From positions 1-48,659 of the forward strand of contig JAGLIS010000023.1 of the NCBI GenBank assembly GCA_023142835.1: 48,659 nt of DNA, in the 5' to 3' direction. Under the pieces are notes generated by a model. It was not told where the DNA came from and made no database searches. It was given only the letters and a program-made list of their open reading frames with translations. Shown in pieces: positions 45,182 to 48,659 of the stretch. Positions within the stretch are counted from its first letter, which is position 1. Every line of letters starts with the position of its first letter. A program made the position numbers and the translations under genes. The stretch comes from Candidatus Pacearchaeota archaeon (lineage in GTDB: Archaea > Nanobdellota > Nanobdellia > Pacearchaeales > GW2011-AR1).

Positions 45182-45358
45182 AATAATTTGATTAAGATAC
45201 AGGGTTTAATAAAGTTTTCTTTTAAAAGTCAGTAAGGATAAAAATCTCCCTCTTTTTGTTTCTTTTTTTCTAAAAAAGAAGTTAATTTTTGATGTTTATT
45301 GGAATATGGCGAAACCTGCAAAAATATAAATTAGAAAAAAATTGGGTGTAACGAAATG

Positions 45359-45442
45359 ACTAGCGCATTTATTTTTTGGGAAGTATATATTAGAGATTTA
45401 AATTTTTAACAGAAGAAAAAAAGCCGAAGACTCAGTTCAAAA
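45359..45442. repeat. 84-nt direct repeat, copy 2
   Basis: GACTAGCGCATTT..GTATATATTAGAGATTTAAA..AGAAGAAAAAAAGCCGAAGACTCAGTT. Roughly three quarters identical to copy 1 by eye. Confidence 0.75.
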
Positions 45443-45552
45443 AATATTTTTCGTTCTTATTCTTTATTATGGGCTTTCCTTAATTTTATAAATTTGATTT
45501 TTCCATTTTAAAAAATGAAAGAAGGATTAGTGGTAAATTCCAGTTTCTAAAT

Positions 45553-46431
45553 TTATCTTCTTGCATCTTTTCTTTTAAAGGGTGGCTTAGAATTATTATC
45601 AGATAATATTTCATATAAATGAGGTCTACGATAAGCATCTCCCCAAATTTCTTTTTTCCTATATTCTCGCAATTCACTTAAATTAAATTCAGCTATAAAA
45701 ATATTCTCAGAACTATCACCCATCACTATAAGCGGACTGTATTCCTCTCCTTTTTTTCGCATACCATCAAATGCCACTGATTTTCCATTAAACCTTGGAT
45801 AATTTGCCATAGCCACACCAACCATATTTTCAAATCCTCTTGATTGGAATTGTGCAATACGATTATTTTCGAGTATACATGCATTTGGAACAAGAATTAA
45901 CTCAGCTCCATGTAACATTAAAATTCTTGCTACTTCCGGGAATTCCCTGTCATAGCAAATCATAACACCAATTTTAACTATTCCTTCGCTAGTTTTTAAT
46001 TCTGCAACAGGGAATTTTTCTCCTGCTACAAACATTGACTCCCAACCTTTATCTACTAAATGGGTTTTACGATAATGAAGAACCGTTTTACCATTTGCAT
46101 CAATTAATGTGGCAGTATTGTAAAACTCTGTTTTTCCTTGGTTGGATTCTAAAAATGTAAAAACTATAGCTATCCCAATTTCTTTTGCTAGTTTTGAATA
46201 TCTTTCATATTCTTTATGTCCAACCCATATTGATTTTTCTTTCCATACATGGCGTTTTTCTTTATCAGTTGGATATTCTTCATACCCAATAGTCCACATC
46301 TCAGGGAATAATGCAATATCTACTCCCTTCTTTTTTGCAATTACTAACGCTTTTTCTGCTTTAGAAAAAAGTCTTTCTTTGTTATTTGCACCATCTAACT
46401 GTAATAAGGCTATTTTAATTTTATGATCCAT
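45553..46431 (-). CDS. Carbon-nitrogen hydrolase (nitrilase superfamily)
   Basis: Catalytic E/K/C contexts FPEMW, YRKTHL, MICYDREFPE. Confidence 0.85.
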   Translation of the reverse strand: MDHKIKIALLQLDGANNKERLFSKAEKALVIAKKKGVDIALFPEMWTIGYEEYPTDKEKRHVWKEKSIWVGHKEYERYSKLAKEIGIAIVFTFLESNQGKTEFYNTATLIDANGKTVLHYRKTHLVDKGWESMFVAGEKFPVAELKTSEGIVKIGVMICYDREFPEVARILMLHGAELILVPNACILENNRIAQFQSRGFENMVGVAMANYPRFNGKSVAFDGMRKKGEEYSPLIVMGDSSENIFIAEFNLSELREYRKKEIWGDAYRRPHLYEILSDNNSKPPFKRKDARR

Positions 46432-46558
46432 ATAATAAAAAACATTTGTTTAATTTATAAATAAATCGTTTTCTAGTACCTGTTAACAGTTTTCATATTT
46501 ATCCTAATTCAAAAACTCAAAACTCAATTGCCTTGCCCCCAAATATAAAAAGCAATTA

Positions 46559-46680
46559 GCTCACGGAGGACACGGATCAAGACAAGAAGATTTCAAATAT
46601 ATATCTATAAAACTCAAATAACCCTAGCTTAAATATCCCCAAAATCCGTGTACGCCGAAGGTGTCGTGTAATCCGTGAGC
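46559..46680. other. Nested inverted repeats flanking a 65-nt AT-rich core (origin-like, MITE-like or structured RNA)
   Basis: GCTCACGGA (46559) pairs with TCCGTGAGC (46672), and ACACGGAT (46570) with ATCCGTGT (46644). Inner hairpin ACGCC-GAA-GGTGT. Confidence 0.5.
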
Positions 46681-46861
46681 CATATTTCCCCTGCCCCCAT
46701 GTATTCTAAATTCTATCTTGGTTAGCAAGTACAAAACAACAGCCTTGCACAATAAATCCAATTTCGCACAATAAGAAAACATTTTAAAGGAAGAAGATTT
46801 TAAAAGACTAGCTAATCTCTACATTGAAAAGTTCAAGAGGTTATCTAAGGCAAATAAGAAA

Positions 46862-48659
46862 ATGGCAAAGAAAAAAGAAGAATCAAACGGAACAATCAAA
46901 CTAAGAGTTGTAGAAGCATTGCAAGACGACGCCTACAAAGGGATAGTCAGAATTGACGCAGATTTAATGAAAGAACTCCAACTTGAAAGAGGAGATATTA
47001 TTTTTATAAAAGGGGGCAGAGAAACTTACTCCATAGTGGATAGAGCATATCCTGCAGATATGGGTGAGGAAATTATTCGAATGGATGGTATAGTTAGGAA
47101 GAACTCTAAAACTGGAATTGGAGAACAAGTAGAAATTAAAAAGGCAAGAATAAAAGAAGCAAAGAAAATAACAATTGCACCTGCCCAACAAGGTATTCGG
47201 GTTCAAGGAGACCCTGAAAATTTTAAAAAAGGACTTTTAGGAAAACCAGTTATAAAAGGAGATATAGTTGTTATGGGTGGAACTCAGCGTCGACAAGATT
47301 TGATGTCTGATGGATTTGGAGATTTATTTGGAGGAGATATGGGAGAGATTTTTAGTCAAATGGGATTTGGAGGTATGTCTGGGGGATTAACTCAAGTTAG
47401 GTTCGCGGTTGTTTCTACAAACCCAAATCAACCTTGCATCATAACAGAAAACACGGAAATAATTCTAAGTCCAAAAGCAGTAGACATCTCGGAAGAATCC
47501 ATTCCCCAAATAACTTATGAAGATATCGGAGGGCTAAGGGAAGAAGTTAAGAAAGTTAGAGAGATGGTTGAGCTTCCATTAAAGCGACCAGAGATTTTTT
47601 CGAGATTAGGAATTGAACCTCCTAAAGGAGTCTTACTTTACGGACCTCCTGGAACTGGTAAAACTCTTTTAGCAAAAGCTATAGCAAACGAATCTGAAGC
47701 ACATTTCATATTATTAAATGGTCCAGAAATTATGTCCAAATTTTATGGGGAATCCGAAAAGAAAATCCGTGAGATTTTTGAAGATGCGGAAAAGAACGCT
47801 CCCTCAATTATCTTCATTGATGAAATAGATTCACTTGCACCTAAGCGGGAAGAAACTGGTGGAGAGGTTGAGCGAAGAGTAGTTTCACAATTATTAACTA
47901 TGATGGATGGGCTGAAAACTCGTGGAAGGGTTGTAGTTATAGGGGCAACTAATCGTCCGAATTCCCTCGACCCGGCATTAAGACGTCCAGGACGTTTTGA
48001 TAGAGAAGTAGAAATATCTGTCCCTGATAAAACTGGAAGACTTTCTATTTTAAAAATTCATACTCGAGGAATGCCTTTGACAAATAAAGTTAATTTAGAT
48101 GAAATAGCATCGAAGACTCACGGGTTTGTTGGAGCCGATATTAATTCTTTGGCAAAGGAAGCTGCAATGATTGTTCTTCGAAGGAATCTCCCGAAATTTA
48201 ATCTTGAAGAGGACAAAGAAATCCCTCAAGAAGTTTTAGAGGAATTAAAAGTTTCACAGAAAGATTTTGATGAAGCGTTAAAAGTTGTTAGACCTTCAGC
48301 GATGCGAGAAGTTCTTGTAGAAACTCCAAATACTAAATGGGAAGACATCGGTGGAATTGATGGTGTCAAGAGAGATTTGAAGGAAGCAGTAGAATGGCCA
48401 TTAAAATTTCCAGCATCATTTACGCGAATGGGGATTAATCCTCCAAAAGGAGTTTTGCTTTATGGACCTCCGGGAACAGGTAAAACTCTTTTAGCAAAAG
48501 CCGTCGCCAATGAATCAGAAGCAAATTTTATTCAAGTAAAAGGTCCAAGTCTATTGAGTATGTGGGTAGGGAAGTCTGAGGAAGGAATTAGGAAAATATT
48601 TGAGAGAGCAAGGCAGGTTTCACCTTGTATAGTTTTCTTCGATGAAATAGATTCTCTTG
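46862..48659 (+). CDS. cdc48: Cdc48/VCP-type AAA+ ATPase, 3' end outside window
   Basis: Not in the ORF track because no stop falls in the window. N-domain ([20 protein letters not shown]), D1 GPPGTGKT...IIFIDEID, and the start of D2 GPPGTGKT...VFFDEIDS. Confidence 0.95.
   Translation, partial: MAKKKEESNGTIKLRVVEALQDDAYKGIVRIDADLMKELQLERGDIIFIKGGRETYSIVDRAYPADMGEEIIRMDGIVRKNSKTGIGEQVEIKKARIKEAKKITIAPAQQGIRVQGDPENFKKGLLGKPVIKGDIVVMGGTQRRQDLMSDGFGDLFGGDMGEIFSQMGFGGMSGGLTQVRFAVVSTNPNQPCIITENTEIILSPKAVDISEESIPQITYEDIGGLREEVKKVREMVELPLKRPEIFSRLGIEPPKGVLLYGPPGTGKTLLAKAIANESEAHFILLNGPEIMSKFYGESEKKIREIFEDAEKNAPSIIFIDEIDSLAPKREETGGEVERRVVSQLLTMMDGLKTRGRVVVIGATNRPNSLDPALRRPGRFDREVEISVPDKTGRLSILKIHTRGMPLTNKVNLDEIASKTHGFVGADINSLAKEAAMIVLRRNLPKFNLEEDKEIPQEVLEELKVSQKDFDEALKVVRPSAMREVLVETPNTKWEDIGGIDGVKRDLKEAVEWPLKFPASFTRMGINPPKGVLLYGPPGTGKTLLAKAVANESEANFIQVKGPSLLSMWVGKSEEGIRKIFERARQVSPCIVFFDEIDSL

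Noticed and set aside
1-48659. Possibility that the contig is bacterial (CPR-like), given the AT-rich small genes, the ABC-F gene and the [FeFe]-hydrogenase.
   Set aside because: Multiple archaeal-specific markers are spread across the whole window: aEF-1alpha, diphthine synthase, class I CCA enzyme, Rpp30, archaeal PheRS, Cdc48, a BHB-type tRNA intron and a class III signal peptide.

Overview
AT-rich archaeal chromosome segment. Archaeal assignment rests on aEF-1alpha, diphthine synthase, class I CCA enzyme, Rpp30, archaeal-type PheRS, class I FBA, Cdc48, a class III signal peptide and a 37/38 tRNA intron; the small genes and gene content look DPANN-like. I see about 55 protein genes, 2 tRNAs, and no rRNA, CRISPR array, transposase or integrase. 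Housekeeping genes: tuf (5' partial), ileS, dph5, Trm5-type MTase, cca, pyrH, Rpp30, pheS/pheT, signal peptidase I, cdc48 (3' partial). One long co-directional cluster (33.3-41.7 kb) joins sugar catabolism (PfkB kinase, class I aldolase, cupin PGI, GH15, TPI, ROK kinase) to a NuoE/NuoF/HydA-type [FeFe]-hydrogenase. The most unusual signal is structural. Accessory genes are stacked inside the stop/start overlaps (ATGA) of neighbouring genes: six genes between pheS and pheT, two between an ABC-F gene and a PIN-like gene. Nearly every boundary keeps a short copy (stub) of the upstream gene's 3' end and/or the downstream gene's 5' end. Several stubs are fused in frame into intact mini-ORFs that run exactly from one stop to the next start, and one stub from the pheS locus recurs at the second locus. 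Related junction duplications occur at 12.6, 19.3 and 44-45.4 kb. I interpret this as a cassette-like gene insertion and shuffling process acting at translationally coupled junctions; no recombinase is visible in the window. Other notable items: an ABC-F ATPase in an archaeon, a pilin-like protein with a fibrinogen-like domain, an HNH gene with an in-frame TAA abutting tRNA-Trp, a repeat of the tRNA-Thr 3' end bracketing a 1.2-kb islet, and an inverted-repeat/AT-core element upstream of cdc48. All similarity counts were done by eye and no database search was possible.
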